Shown piece after piece: positions 28,835 through 38,758 of a stretch of DNA of 64,000 nucleotides. The translations under genes and the position numbers were made by a program. The number at the start of each line of letters is the position of its first letter. The stretch's first letter is position 1. The notes below the pieces were generated by a model. That model was not told the origin of the DNA and ran no database searches. It saw only the letters and a list, made by a program, of their open reading frames with translations. The DNA comes from Bdellovibrionales bacterium (GTDB taxonomy: Bacteria > Bdellovibrionota > Bdellovibrionia > Bdellovibrionales > UBA1609), in NCBI GenBank assembly GCA_965205945.1, contig CBDBIB010000001.1, forward strand, positions 512,001-576,000, in the 5' to 3' direction.

Positions 28835-30487
28835 ATGAAATTTATTATTTTTTTAATCTTAACTTTAGTCTCCGCCTTAAGCTTTGCCATTCCAGAGCTT
28901 TCACAACATCTAATGGTTACCGGCCCTTCTAAGCTTGCATTAAAATCAGCTCTACGAGTGGGACGTGAACATGGTAACCCTGTTGATATTACTGTTGCTT
29001 ATGTACTTACCCTTTCTGTTACTCACCCTTACTTTGGGTCTCTTGGCGGCGGAGGCTTTGCTATGGTAAATATGAACGGCACCCCTGAGGCTCTTGATTT
29101 TAGAGAGCAGGCTCCTTTAAAAACTCACAAAAACTATTATTTAAAGGACAAAAATACTCTAAACGCCTCTTGGACCGGTGGTGCTTCAGTTGGAGTACCT
29201 GGTGTGCCCATGGGTTTATGGGCACTTCATAAAAAATATGGCTCAAAACCATGGAAGTCACTCTTTAAAGAAGCTCTTTATTATTCAAAAAAAGGATTTC
29301 CTGTATCTAGTGAGTGGCACAGAATTACAAAAAAAGAAAGTCCTCGTTTTTGGAAGCCCGGATTAAAGCACCTTCTAATCAACAATAAAACTCCGCTCCC
29401 TAAAGATTTATTAAAACAACCAGGTCTTTATAAAGCCCTTAAAAAATTACAAAAATATGGCCCTAAAGGCTTTTACCACGGTGACGTTGCAAAAGACATT
29501 GTTTCATCAGTTCAATCTACAAATGGAGATATGTCTTTAAAAGATTTAAAAACCTACTCTGTTAAATGGAGAACTCCTTTAACCACTGAGTTTAAAGGTT
29601 ATAAGATTTTTTTAATGCCTCCCCCATCTTCTGGAGGAGTTGTAATCAAAACAGCTCTTAAGCTTGTTGAAAAACAAAACTTAAAAAAATACAAACTTTT
29701 AAGTTTAACTGAACTCCACTTACTTGGCGAAATTATGTCTGCATCTTTTAAAGGTAGAGCTTTGTTAGGTGATCCTAGTTTTCATAAAAATCCATTAGAT
29801 TTTCTTTTTAGCAAAAATTATATCAACACCTTAAATAAAAGTATTTCTAAACACAAAGCAAGATACAGAAAACCTTTAGTTGAAAAAAATCTCTTTAAAG
29901 AAAGCACACAAACAACTCATTTAATTGTAATGAATAAAAGCGGCCAAGCAGTTTCTATGACTATTACTTTAAATGGAAATTATGGATCCGGTGTTATTTC
30001 AAAAAAATACGGCTTAGCTTTAAATAATGAAATGGATGACTTTACAACAAAACCTGGAAAACCTAACTTTTTTGGACTGATTCAAGGAAGTGGAAATGTG
30101 GTTGAAGCAGAAAAAAGACCTCTAAGTTCAATGTCTCCAACTATTGTATTAAATAATAAGAATGAGACCTTTTTAGCTCTAGGCGCCCCTGGAGGACCAA
30201 GAATTATTAATAGTGTTTTTCAAACTCTTTATAGAGTAATAGTTAATAATTTAAACATTGAGCAAGCTATTTTTACTCCAAGACTTCATCATCAATTTTT
30301 ACCAAGAGTTTTAAGATTTGAAACAAATAGATTCAGCCCAGAAATATTAAATGGCTTAAGAAAAAAAGGACATAAGTTAAAACCTATTCCAAGAGTAGCT
30401 GTTTCTTATGGTATTAGAAAAAACAAGCAAGGTCTTTTAGAAGGAGCTGCAGACTATCGAGGCGAAGGCCACACTGAAGGTTTATAA
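28835..30487 (+). CDS. ggt: Gamma-glutamyltransferase
   Basis: LGGGGF, DFRE.AP, PPPSSGG, TTH nucleophile, NNEMDDF, RPLSSMSP, GAPGG. Confidence 0.95.
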   Translation: MKFIIFLILTLVSALSFAIPELSQHLMVTGPSKLALKSALRVGREHGNPVDITVAYVLTLSVTHPYFGSLGGGGFAMVNMNGTPEALDFREQAPLKTHKNYYLKDKNTLNASWTGGASVGVPGVPMGLWALHKKYGSKPWKSLFKEALYYSKKGFPVSSEWHRITKKESPRFWKPGLKHLLINNKTPLPKDLLKQPGLYKALKKLQKYGPKGFYHGDVAKDIVSSVQSTNGDMSLKDLKTYSVKWRTPLTTEFKGYKIFLMPPPSSGGVVIKTALKLVEKQNLKKYKLLSLTELHLLGEIMSASFKGRALLGDPSFHKNPLDFLFSKNYINTLNKSISKHKARYRKPLVEKNLFKESTQTTHLIVMNKSGQAVSMTITLNGNYGSGVISKKYGLALNNEMDDFTTKPGKPNFFGLIQGSGNVVEAEKRPLSSMSPTIVLNNKNETFLALGAPGGPRIINSVFQTLYRVIVNNLNIEQAIFTPRLHHQFLPRVLRFETNRFSPEILNGLRKKGHKLKPIPRVAVSYGIRKNKQGLLEGAADYRGEGHTEGL

Positions 30488-30660
30488 GATTAGATCTTTA
30501 TACTTTTTAAAAATTTGACTTTAAAGCAAGAGTACGTGGTAAAGGAATACCAGTAATTTTTAACTTCTAATTTTGGATTTTAAAAATCTTAAAAACCATA
30601 GTTACACAAAATAAATTACAAACTCAAAAATTTATGCAATCAAGAATAGACTTTTAACTT

Positions 30661-30945
30661 TTAAATCTGGGTAGATTTTAATGCCCCCTCATGAAAATCA
30701 TATGCTTTAAGGTATTCTTCTTTTTTTAGATCTATATACTCCTTTAAAAAAAGTTCAACTAAATTTTCTTTTTCAAGATTAAAAAGAAGTGATATTTTTG
30801 CAAGCCTATCCATTGGAGGATAACTCTCACCTCTTTCCCAATTTGATACAAACTGACCCGAAGAATAACCTAGAGCCTTTGCCAGACTTACTTGACTATA
30901 TTTTTTTTCAATCCTTTTTGTTTTAATAATTTCTCTTAATTTCAT
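30661..30945 (-). CDS. XRE-family HTH regulator
   Basis: SQVSLAKALGYSSGQFVSNWERG. Confidence 0.88.
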   Translation of the reverse strand: MKLREIIKTKRIEKKYSQVSLAKALGYSSGQFVSNWERGESYPPMDRLAKISLLFNLEKENLVELFLKEYIDLKKEEYLKAYDFHEGALKSTQI

Positions 30946-30949
30946 AAAT

Positions 30950-31951
30950 TCACACCATACTCAACGCTGTTTTTCTTCTTGTTCCTATATCAAAATGATT
31001 ACCTTTAAACTCTTCATAAATGCAATCAATACTATTTTTTTTAAAAATTTTATGGATTTTTCTAACCCCGTACTGCAAAAGAAACTGATCAAACTCTCCC
31101 ACAGACAAAAAAATTGTTTTTAACTTCTTTAAATTCTCAGTCCTTTTTAAAAGAAAGTAGAGCGGATCTTTTTGCAACCATTTCTCCCACAAATCATTCT
31201 TAAACTCACCTTCTTTGTCAAGTGGCAGTAAGGGCATCAGGTCACTATCTACATCTGAATAACAAGCTGCCATAGCTAAAACATTAACCATTTGATGAAA
31301 GCTTTTTTGACTTGTGTTTATTTCATATTTTTTAATCGCCTTAAAAATCTCTATAGGCCCACCTTGATTAAAAATATTTGAAAATGCTTGATAAATTTCT
31401 GGCTTTAAACTAATCTCAAAGTCACAATCTGGAGCAATGGCTAGACAATGATGAAATACTTCTGGAAATTTAGAGCACAGATGTAGCGCTCCATAACCCC
31501 CACTAGAACCACCAAAAACCACATTATCAAACACTTTATAGTTAAGTTTTTTTAAAGCTTGATGCACCATAGGAACCAACTCTTTTACAATATAGTCTTC
31601 ATAACTACCACAGCCTTTACTATTGATAAACTGACTCCCTCCCCAAGTTGTCCATGCATCAACAAAAACATAAACTTTTAAACCTATAGCCTCTTGAACA
31701 GTCCATTCATCAATTTCTTGTATTAAGCTCTTACCATAAGGTTTAAAATTAAAACTCTTTTGAGCATTCCCTGTAAAGCCAGAAAGATAGAACACACAAT
31801 TGTACTCTCCGGATTCCCTAGGCAGCAAAATTGGAATATTTCTTTTAAAAGAATCCCTTAAAGAATTAGATTTTAAAAATTCACTCTTAATCTGTAAGGT
31901 TTTCATCTCAAAATTTTTAAGCATGTAGGGTTTTAAATTATCTATTAACAT
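30950..31951 (-). CDS. Alpha/beta-hydrolase esterase (Fes-like)
   Basis: GGSSGGYGA nucleophile elbow, GGSQFINS, EEFKGNH. Confidence 0.85.
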   Translation of the reverse strand: MLIDNLKPYMLKNFEMKTLQIKSEFLKSNSLRDSFKRNIPILLPRESGEYNCVFYLSGFTGNAQKSFNFKPYGKSLIQEIDEWTVQEAIGLKVYVFVDAWTTWGGSQFINSKGCGSYEDYIVKELVPMVHQALKKLNYKVFDNVVFGGSSGGYGALHLCSKFPEVFHHCLAIAPDCDFEISLKPEIYQAFSNIFNQGGPIEIFKAIKKYEINTSQKSFHQMVNVLAMAACYSDVDSDLMPLLPLDKEGEFKNDLWEKWLQKDPLYFLLKRTENLKKLKTIFLSVGEFDQFLLQYGVRKIHKIFKKNSIDCIYEEFKGNHFDIGTRRKTALSMV

Positions 31952-31953
31952 TA

Positions 31954-32913
31954 TTATGCTACTTTTTTCTTGTTCATTATTTTTTGATTTAAATTAAAAC
32001 CCCTAACTTTGTTTCGTCCTGTTTTTTTTGACTCATAAAGAGCTTTATCCGCCCATTGAACTAGTTTTTCAGCGCTTAAATTTATACTCGCATTAGGATT
32101 TAAAACAGCAAGACCTATACTCATTGTTAAATTCATTCTACGCTCACCATCATTAAAATCATAAGTTTGAATGGCTTTTCTAAGTCTTTGAGCATATTTC
32201 ATAGCACCTTCATAACCTGTACTTGTTAAAACAATCATAAATTCATCCCCACCATACCGAGCACCAAAATCCACATCACGCATTGAATTTTTAATAATTC
32301 CACCAATTTCCTTTAATACAAAACTTCCAAAAAGATGATCATGGTCATCATTCACTCTTTTAAAATGATCCATATCCATCATAATCACACAAATTCCCGA
32401 GCCAAATCTTTTATTTCTACTAATTTCTAAATTAATGCGATCATATGTACTACGCATATTATACAAACCCGTTAAATCATCAATTTGAACAAGCTCTTTA
32501 AGCCTCTTATTTGCCCAAAACAATTTGTCTGTTAAATTCTTAATTCTTAATTGAGTCTTTACCCTTGCAACTAATTCATGGGGGTTAAATGGTTTACGAA
32601 TATAATCATCGGCCCCTGCCTCAAGTCCTTTAATGACATCTTGAGTATCTGAATTACCAGAAACAAGAACAACTGGTGTATAATCCTCTTTTTTTCTAAC
32701 TATTTCTAAGGTTTCTAGCCCACTAAGCCCTGGCATATTTATATCAAGAAGAACCAGGTATGGTGCTATTTCACTAAGCCTCTTTAAAGCCTCACCCCCA
32801 GACTCAGCCACAATAACCTTATAACCACAAGATTCTAAAATCACAGTCATTAAATTTGAAACTTGAGGATCATCATCAACAATCAGAATTTTTTGTGATT
32901 TTACATTCTCCAC
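31954..32913 (-). CDS. Response-regulator diguanylate cyclase (REC-GGDEF)
   Basis: REC domain (VDDD, LDINMP, KPF); DDLTGLYN, DMDHFKRVND, RDVD I-site, RYGGDEF. Confidence 0.95.
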   Translation of the reverse strand: MENVKSQKILIVDDDPQVSNLMTVILESCGYKVIVAESGGEALKRLSEIAPYLVLLDINMPGLSGLETLEIVRKKEDYTPVVLVSGNSDTQDVIKGLEAGADDYIRKPFNPHELVARVKTQLRIKNLTDKLFWANKRLKELVQIDDLTGLYNMRSTYDRINLEISRNKRFGSGICVIMMDMDHFKRVNDDHDHLFGSFVLKEIGGIIKNSMRDVDFGARYGGDEFMIVLTSTGYEGAMKYAQRLRKAIQTYDFNDGERRMNLTMSIGLAVLNPNASINLSAEKLVQWADKALYESKKTGRNKVRGFNLNQKIMNKKKVA

Positions 32914-32936
32914 CCTCTAAACCTCCTAATACTAAC

Positions 32937-32963
32937 TTATCGAACTTTAAATCAAAAATATTA
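32937..32963 (-). promoter_or_regulatory. Possible sigma28 promoter of the dgc-esterase-XRE unit
   Basis: TAAT-N15-TTCGATAA followed by SD AGGAGG. Confidence 0.45.
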
Positions 32964-33050
32964 AGATCTAAAACTCTTTCTAAGGTGACTTTCATATCTT
33001 ACTTAGGTATTGATCTTATTCATATTTACCTATTTCTAGGAGACTTTAGT

Positions 33051-35432
33051 ATGGCCTTTAACCATTCAGAAATTGAACAAAGGTGGCAATCTATATGGGA
33101 TAAAAACAACACCTTTACAGCTAAGTTTCCATCTAAAAAACCCAAGTTTTATGCTCTAAACATGTTTCCATACCCTTCAGGGTCTGGGCTACATGTTGGA
33201 CACTTGGCCTCATACCTACCCACTGATGTTATCTCCAGATATAAAAAAGCAAACGGCTTTAATGTTCTTCATCCCATAGGATACGATGCCTTTGGACTTC
33301 CTGCCGAACAGTATGCAATACAAACTGGAGTGCACCCTCAAGTTACAACGGAGCAAGCCATCACAAATTTTAAACGCCAACTTAAATCTTTTGGCTTTAG
33401 TTTTGATTGGTCAAAAAGTTTCGCCACTACGGACCCTAGTTTTTTAAAATGGACTCAATATATTTTTACAAAGCTTTTTAATAACGGACTAGCATACCAA
33501 AAAAAAGTTCCTGTAAACTGGTGCCCAGCACTTAAAACAGTTCTAGCAAATGAAGAAGTCGTTAATGGAAAAAGCGAACGAGGCGGACACCCTGTAAAAA
33601 GACTTGCAATGAAGCAATGGATGCTTAAAATAACCCACTACACTCAAAGACTTTTAAATGACCTTGATACAGTCCAATGGCCTTACAAAACCAAAGAAGG
33701 TCAGAAAAACTGGATCGGAAAAAGTGTCGGTGCAAGCGTTGAGTTTAAAATTGAAAACTCAGATTTAAACCTTAAAGTATTTACAACACGACCTGATACT
33801 TTATTTGGCGTCACTTTTATAGTGCTTGCACCTGAGCATAGTTTTGTAAAAAAAATTACAAATCCAGCTCAAAAAGAATCTATTAATGATTATATACAAA
33901 AAACAATCTTAAAAAGCGAGGTTGCACGAAAATCTGATACCAATAAAACAGGTTCTTTCACAGGCGCTTATGCCCTGCACCCACTTACAGAAAAAAAAAT
34001 CCCCATTTGGATTTCAGACTATGTTTTAATGGATTATGGAACAGGCGCCATCATGGCTGTACCTGGACACGATGAACGTGATTTTACATTTGCTCAAAAA
34101 TTTAACCTTCCTACCCAAAGAGTTTTAGATGGTGGCAAGCTTCCTTTTACAGGCGAGGGCAGACTTATTAACTCTAAAGATTTAAACGGTCTTAAAAAAA
34201 ATGACGCCATTAAAAAAGTAATTTCAATACTTAAAGAAAAATCTGCTGGAAAAAAAGAAGTTCAATACAAACTACGTGACTGGCTTTTTAGCAGACAACG
34301 TTACTGGGGTGAGCCTATTCCAATAATTCATAAAAATGATGGCACCTTTAAAGCGCTAACATTAAATGAACTCCCGCTGCTCTTGCCTAAAATAGACAAC
34401 TACGAGCCTTGTGATACTGGTGAAGCTCCACTGGCAAAAAATAAAGATTGGCTTCATACCCCTGATGGGGTTAGAGCTTCTCACACCATGCCTGGATCAG
34501 CCGGATCTTCTTGGTATTTTTTAAGATATCCTGATACAAAAAATGAAAATGAAATCTGTAGCAAAGAAAAGCAAGACTACTGGCTTCCTGTAGACCTTTA
34601 TGTTGGAGGTTGTGAGCACACAGTTGGCCATCTTCTTTACTCAAGATTTTGGACTAAATTTTTAAAAGATCAAAAACTAATTAGTATTAATGAGCCTTTT
34701 ACAAAGCTTGCTCACCAAGGAATGATTTTAGGTCACAACGGTGAGAAAATGTCTAAGTCTCAAGGCAATATAATCAACCCTGACGAAATTAAGGAAGAAT
34801 TTGGAGCCGATGCTGTTCGAGTCTACATTTGCTTTATGGGTCCTTTTGAAAAAGATAAACCTTGGAATACAAAAGGTATTCAAGGAAGTCGTAGATTCTT
34901 AAATCGTATATGGAGACTTTGTTTAGACGATGACAACCAATCTGTTCTTTTAAAAAACTTACCCTCTAAAAATCTAGAAAAAACTCTTCATAAAACTATT
35001 AAAAAAGTTACTAACGACATTGAATCCATGAGCTTTAACACAGCAATAAGTGCAATGATGATTTTAGTAAATGAGCTTTATAAAGAAAACTCTCATTCAG
35101 ACAAAATTATTTTCCCCCTCATAAAGCTTTTAAGTCCCTTTGCTCCTCATTTCTCACAGGAACTTTGGAGCCTTACTAAAAACACCACTCTTGTTTGTGA
35201 AGAGGCTTGGCCTGAATACAATAAATCCTTATGCAAACAAGATTTAATTAAAATGGGTGTTCAGATAAACGGTAAAATGCGCGGCCTAATCAGCGTTTCA
35301 AAAGAAACTTTAAAAGAAGAAGCCTTATCTTTAGCAAAAGCATCCTCTAATATTTCCTCTCAATTAGAAAACAAAAGTATTGTAAAAGTAATTTATAAGG
35401 CCTGTAAAATTTTAAACATAATTACAAAGTAG
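33051..35432 (+). CDS. leuS: Leucine--tRNA ligase
   Basis: MFPYPSG.GLHVGH, FTTRPDT, SRQRYWG, KMSKS; start moved to ATG 33051 behind AGGAG. Confidence 0.97.
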   Translation: MAFNHSEIEQRWQSIWDKNNTFTAKFPSKKPKFYALNMFPYPSGSGLHVGHLASYLPTDVISRYKKANGFNVLHPIGYDAFGLPAEQYAIQTGVHPQVTTEQAITNFKRQLKSFGFSFDWSKSFATTDPSFLKWTQYIFTKLFNNGLAYQKKVPVNWCPALKTVLANEEVVNGKSERGGHPVKRLAMKQWMLKITHYTQRLLNDLDTVQWPYKTKEGQKNWIGKSVGASVEFKIENSDLNLKVFTTRPDTLFGVTFIVLAPEHSFVKKITNPAQKESINDYIQKTILKSEVARKSDTNKTGSFTGAYALHPLTEKKIPIWISDYVLMDYGTGAIMAVPGHDERDFTFAQKFNLPTQRVLDGGKLPFTGEGRLINSKDLNGLKKNDAIKKVISILKEKSAGKKEVQYKLRDWLFSRQRYWGEPIPIIHKNDGTFKALTLNELPLLLPKIDNYEPCDTGEAPLAKNKDWLHTPDGVRASHTMPGSAGSSWYFLRYPDTKNENEICSKEKQDYWLPVDLYVGGCEHTVGHLLYSRFWTKFLKDQKLISINEPFTKLAHQGMILGHNGEKMSKSQGNIINPDEIKEEFGADAVRVYICFMGPFEKDKPWNTKGIQGSRRFLNRIWRLCLDDDNQSVLLKNLPSKNLEKTLHKTIKKVTNDIESMSFNTAISAMMILVNELYKENSHSDKIIFPLIKLLSPFAPHFSQELWSLTKNTTLVCEEAWPEYNKSLCKQDLIKMGVQINGKMRGLISVSKETLKEEALSLAKASSNISSQLENKSIVKVIYKACKILNIITK

Positions 35433-35439
35433 GTTTATT

Positions 35440-37341
35440 ATGACTTGGACTCATGAAGACAGTAAAAAATTATATAGCATTAATAAATGGGGCAAGCCTT
35501 TTTTTAATATAAACAGTGAAGGCAATATAATAGTTTCCACAAATGTTAACGATCCAAAAGTAAAATCTTTAGACCTATTTCATCTCACTAATGATTTACA
35601 AGATAGAGGAGTTAGACTTCCTATTCTAATTAGATTTCCAGATATTTTAAAAGCACGAATAGAAAGCTTAAACACATATTTTAGTAATGCAATTTCTGAA
35701 AACAATTATACGGGTAAATTTTATGGTGTATATCCTGTTAAAGTTAATCAAGAAAAACACCTTGTTGAAGACATTGTTAAACTTGGTGCTAATTTAAATT
35801 TAGGACTTGAATGCGGAAGTAAGCCAGAACTTCTTGTTGCATTGTCTAAAATGAAAAACCCAAATGGTTTAATTATTTGCAATGGGTTTAAGGATCGCGA
35901 TTATATAGAAACAGCTCTTTTGTCTAAAAAACTTGGAAGGCAAACCATTATTGTTGTAGATCGTTTTTTAGAATTACAACTAATTATTGATTCTTCTAAA
36001 AAGTATGATATCAAACCCCTTATTGGACTACGAGGAAAACTCTCCACCCAGGGAGCCGGAAGATGGGCTGAAAGCTCTGGCAACAAATCTAAATTCGGAT
36101 TAACTCCAAATCAGATTATTCAAGCCATCACTATTTTAAAAACTGAAAACATGATAGACAGCCTAGAGCTCTTACACTTTCATATAGGATCACAAGTTCC
36201 TTCTATTCAAAATATTAAAAGCTCTCTTAAAGAAGGCGCAAGATTTTTTACTGAATTTTTTAATCTTGGAGCAACACCAAAATACTTAGATATTGGAGGT
36301 GGTCTTGGCGTTGATTACGATGGCTCTGGAAATTCAGACAGTTCTGTTGACTATTCTAATCAAGAATATGCAAACGATGTTATCTATACTGTTAAATCTA
36401 TTTGTGATGAAAAGTCTATCCCCTGCCCTGATATAATTACTGAGTCAGGAAGAGCCTTAGTTGCACACACTTCTCTTTTAATCTTTAATGTTTTAGGATC
36501 TAATAATATTCAATCAACCACAGACCTAACACATATAACTGCAAAAGATCACCAAATTTTAAAAGATCTTTTTGACATTGAAAAAAATCTTTCAACAAAA
36601 AATATAAAAGAATCCTTTAATGATCTATCACAAATAAAAAGAGACACCTTACAACTTTTTACTTATGGGGTTTTAAACCTTAAACAAAGAGCTTTAGCTG
36701 AAGCAATAATTAACAATTCATATATTAAAATAAAAGCTCTTTTATCTAAAAACTCAGAACTTCTTCCTGACCTTATTTATGAAATTAATTCCATCTTATG
36801 TGAGAGTTATTTTTGTAATTTCTCAGTGTTTCAATCTCTTCCTGATTCATGGGCTATGAATCAGCTTTTCCCTGTTGTACCTATTCATAGATTGTCTGAA
36901 GAACCTGATAGAAGGGCTGTCTTAGTTGACCTTACTTGTGATTCTGATGGGGCCATAAATCACTTCATAAACTCAACTTCAGATACACCTCAAAAGTATT
37001 TAGAGGTTCACAGTCTAAAAAAAGCAAAACCCTATTATATTGGTGTTTTCTTAATCGGCGCCTATCAAGAAATTTTAGGCGATATGCACAATCTTTTTGG
37101 AGATACAGATGCTGTCCATGTTCGTTTTACAGAAAAAGGCTATCGCATTGAAAATTTAGTTAAAGGAGATACTATCTCTGATGTTTTAAAATATGTTTCT
37201 TTTCTACCAAATCAACTCCTAGAGCAGTTACGTAATGACTGTGAGGAAGGTATTATTTCTGAAAATCTGACTTCACTTCAAGCTCGCACTTTAATGTCTA
37301 AATTCGAATCTGCTCTTAGAAGCTACACATATCTTAATTAA
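35440..37341 (+). CDS. speA: Biosynthetic arginine decarboxylase
   Basis: YPVKVNQ, GSKPEL, HFHIGSQ, DIGGGLGVDYDG, TCDSDG, GAYQEILG. Confidence 0.95.
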   Translation: MTWTHEDSKKLYSINKWGKPFFNINSEGNIIVSTNVNDPKVKSLDLFHLTNDLQDRGVRLPILIRFPDILKARIESLNTYFSNAISENNYTGKFYGVYPVKVNQEKHLVEDIVKLGANLNLGLECGSKPELLVALSKMKNPNGLIICNGFKDRDYIETALLSKKLGRQTIIVVDRFLELQLIIDSSKKYDIKPLIGLRGKLSTQGAGRWAESSGNKSKFGLTPNQIIQAITILKTENMIDSLELLHFHIGSQVPSIQNIKSSLKEGARFFTEFFNLGATPKYLDIGGGLGVDYDGSGNSDSSVDYSNQEYANDVIYTVKSICDEKSIPCPDIITESGRALVAHTSLLIFNVLGSNNIQSTTDLTHITAKDHQILKDLFDIEKNLSTKNIKESFNDLSQIKRDTLQLFTYGVLNLKQRALAEAIINNSYIKIKALLSKNSELLPDLIYEINSILCESYFCNFSVFQSLPDSWAMNQLFPVVPIHRLSEEPDRRAVLVDLTCDSDGAINHFINSTSDTPQKYLEVHSLKKAKPYYIGVFLIGAYQEILGDMHNLFGDTDAVHVRFTEKGYRIENLVKGDTISDVLKYVSFLPNQLLEQLRNDCEEGIISENLTSLQARTLMSKFESALRSYTYLN

Positions 37342-37357
37342 TTTTTAAGGAGAACCC

Positions 37358-38605
37358 ATGCACATAGCTTTAATATCTGTTGCTATACTATTTTTTACAG
37401 GCCATGCATTAAGCTGGTTTTTTGAAAAAACTAAAATCCCAGATCTTTTAATTCTTGTAATTATTGGTTATATCATGGGCCCTATTCTTGGCTACCTTTC
37501 CCCTGAAGACTTTGGAAAAGCGGGAACTCTTTTATCTACTCTAGCCCTTGTTGTTATCTTATATGAAGGGGGACTTCACTTAACTGCAAAAGATCTTAGT
37601 CAAGGATTTTTAACTTCCGCAGGGTTAGCAGTCTTAGGTTTTTTAAGCATTGCTATACTTGCAGGCCTTGTTGTCACCTCTACTGGACAACCTTTTCATA
37701 TAGCGCTTCTTTTAGGTTTAGGAATAGGAAGCACATCATCAGCTATAGTTATTCCCATGGTTAAACCTCTTTCCATTAAAAACAATACTAAAACAATTTT
37801 ATCTTTAGAGTCTGCAGTCACTGATGTTTTAGCTATTGTAATTTTCTTAGTTGTTGTAGATGGAATTGTTGCTGGAAAATTTTCTACTAAAGCCTTACTA
37901 ATGGGCCTTGGCCCTAATACTCTACTAGCTGCATTATATGGAATTGCTGGAGGCCTTATTTGGGCAGCTTTAAAGAAATATTTTAACCCTGTATTTAAAA
38001 TGGCTTTTGCAGGTGAGGCCTGGGCACTTTTAAATTATGGACTTTTAGAACTCCTAAGATTAAATGGTGCCATTGGAGTTTTAACTCTTGGCTTTATGTT
38101 GGCCAATTTAGACTTACTGCCTAACTGGATAAAAAGTAAAATAAGTTCTGTTCCCGTATCTTACAGAGACCTTTCATTTTTAAACACCTTAACATTCATG
38201 CTTAAAACGTTTTTCTTTATATACCTAGGTGTCTTAGTTAAATTTTCAGATCCAATTATTGTAGCTCTTGCTCTCTTAATTACACTCTTAATTTTTATAT
38301 CAAGATTTTTTGTTATTAAAATCACAATGAACAGTTCAACCACAAATAAACTAGATGCTATGATCACAACAGCCATGGGTCCAAGGGGCTTAGCTTGTGC
38401 AGTTCTAGCCACCATCCCTCTTCAAAAAGGAATTTCAGGAGGTCAGTGGCTCCAAGATATTATTTTTGCAATTATTCCTTTAACAATTTTATTTACTGCA
38501 TTTTTTGTTTCTATTTTTGAAAACAAGAAGACTCGCCTTAAATTTAGCCGATTTTGGTTAAAATACTCTGAAGAAAGTGAGTTTTCTAATATAAAAAATG
38601 AATGA
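37358..38605 (+). CDS. Cation:proton antiporter (CPA1/NhaP-like)
   Basis: About 12 TM helices, STSSAIV, LESAVTD, GPRGLA. Confidence 0.88.
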   Translation: MHIALISVAILFFTGHALSWFFEKTKIPDLLILVIIGYIMGPILGYLSPEDFGKAGTLLSTLALVVILYEGGLHLTAKDLSQGFLTSAGLAVLGFLSIAILAGLVVTSTGQPFHIALLLGLGIGSTSSAIVIPMVKPLSIKNNTKTILSLESAVTDVLAIVIFLVVVDGIVAGKFSTKALLMGLGPNTLLAALYGIAGGLIWAALKKYFNPVFKMAFAGEAWALLNYGLLELLRLNGAIGVLTLGFMLANLDLLPNWIKSKISSVPVSYRDLSFLNTLTFMLKTFFFIYLGVLVKFSDPIIVALALLITLLIFISRFFVIKITMNSSTTNKLDAMITTAMGPRGLACAVLATIPLQKGISGGQWLQDIIFAIIPLTILFTAFFVSIFENKKTRLKFSRFWLKYSEESEFSNIKNE

Positions 38606-38758
38606 TTTTAAATGGTATTATTAAGCTAAGGTACTCTAGCCTAGGTATCTAATCTTTTTAACGCATTAAAGTAAGGTTTTAAAAACAAGCATGCTATAAC
38701 TTTCTCCCTTTTAAATAAAATTTTATCTCTTAATTCATTAGCAATTTAATAAAATCAC

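Noticed and set aside
32856..33050. ORF-track N-terminal extensions of leuS (also fadE, PP2C 17870, ALDH 49484, barrel 56452)
   Set aside because: Most overlap neighbouring genes; downstream starts match the family N-termini, a signal peptide or an SD
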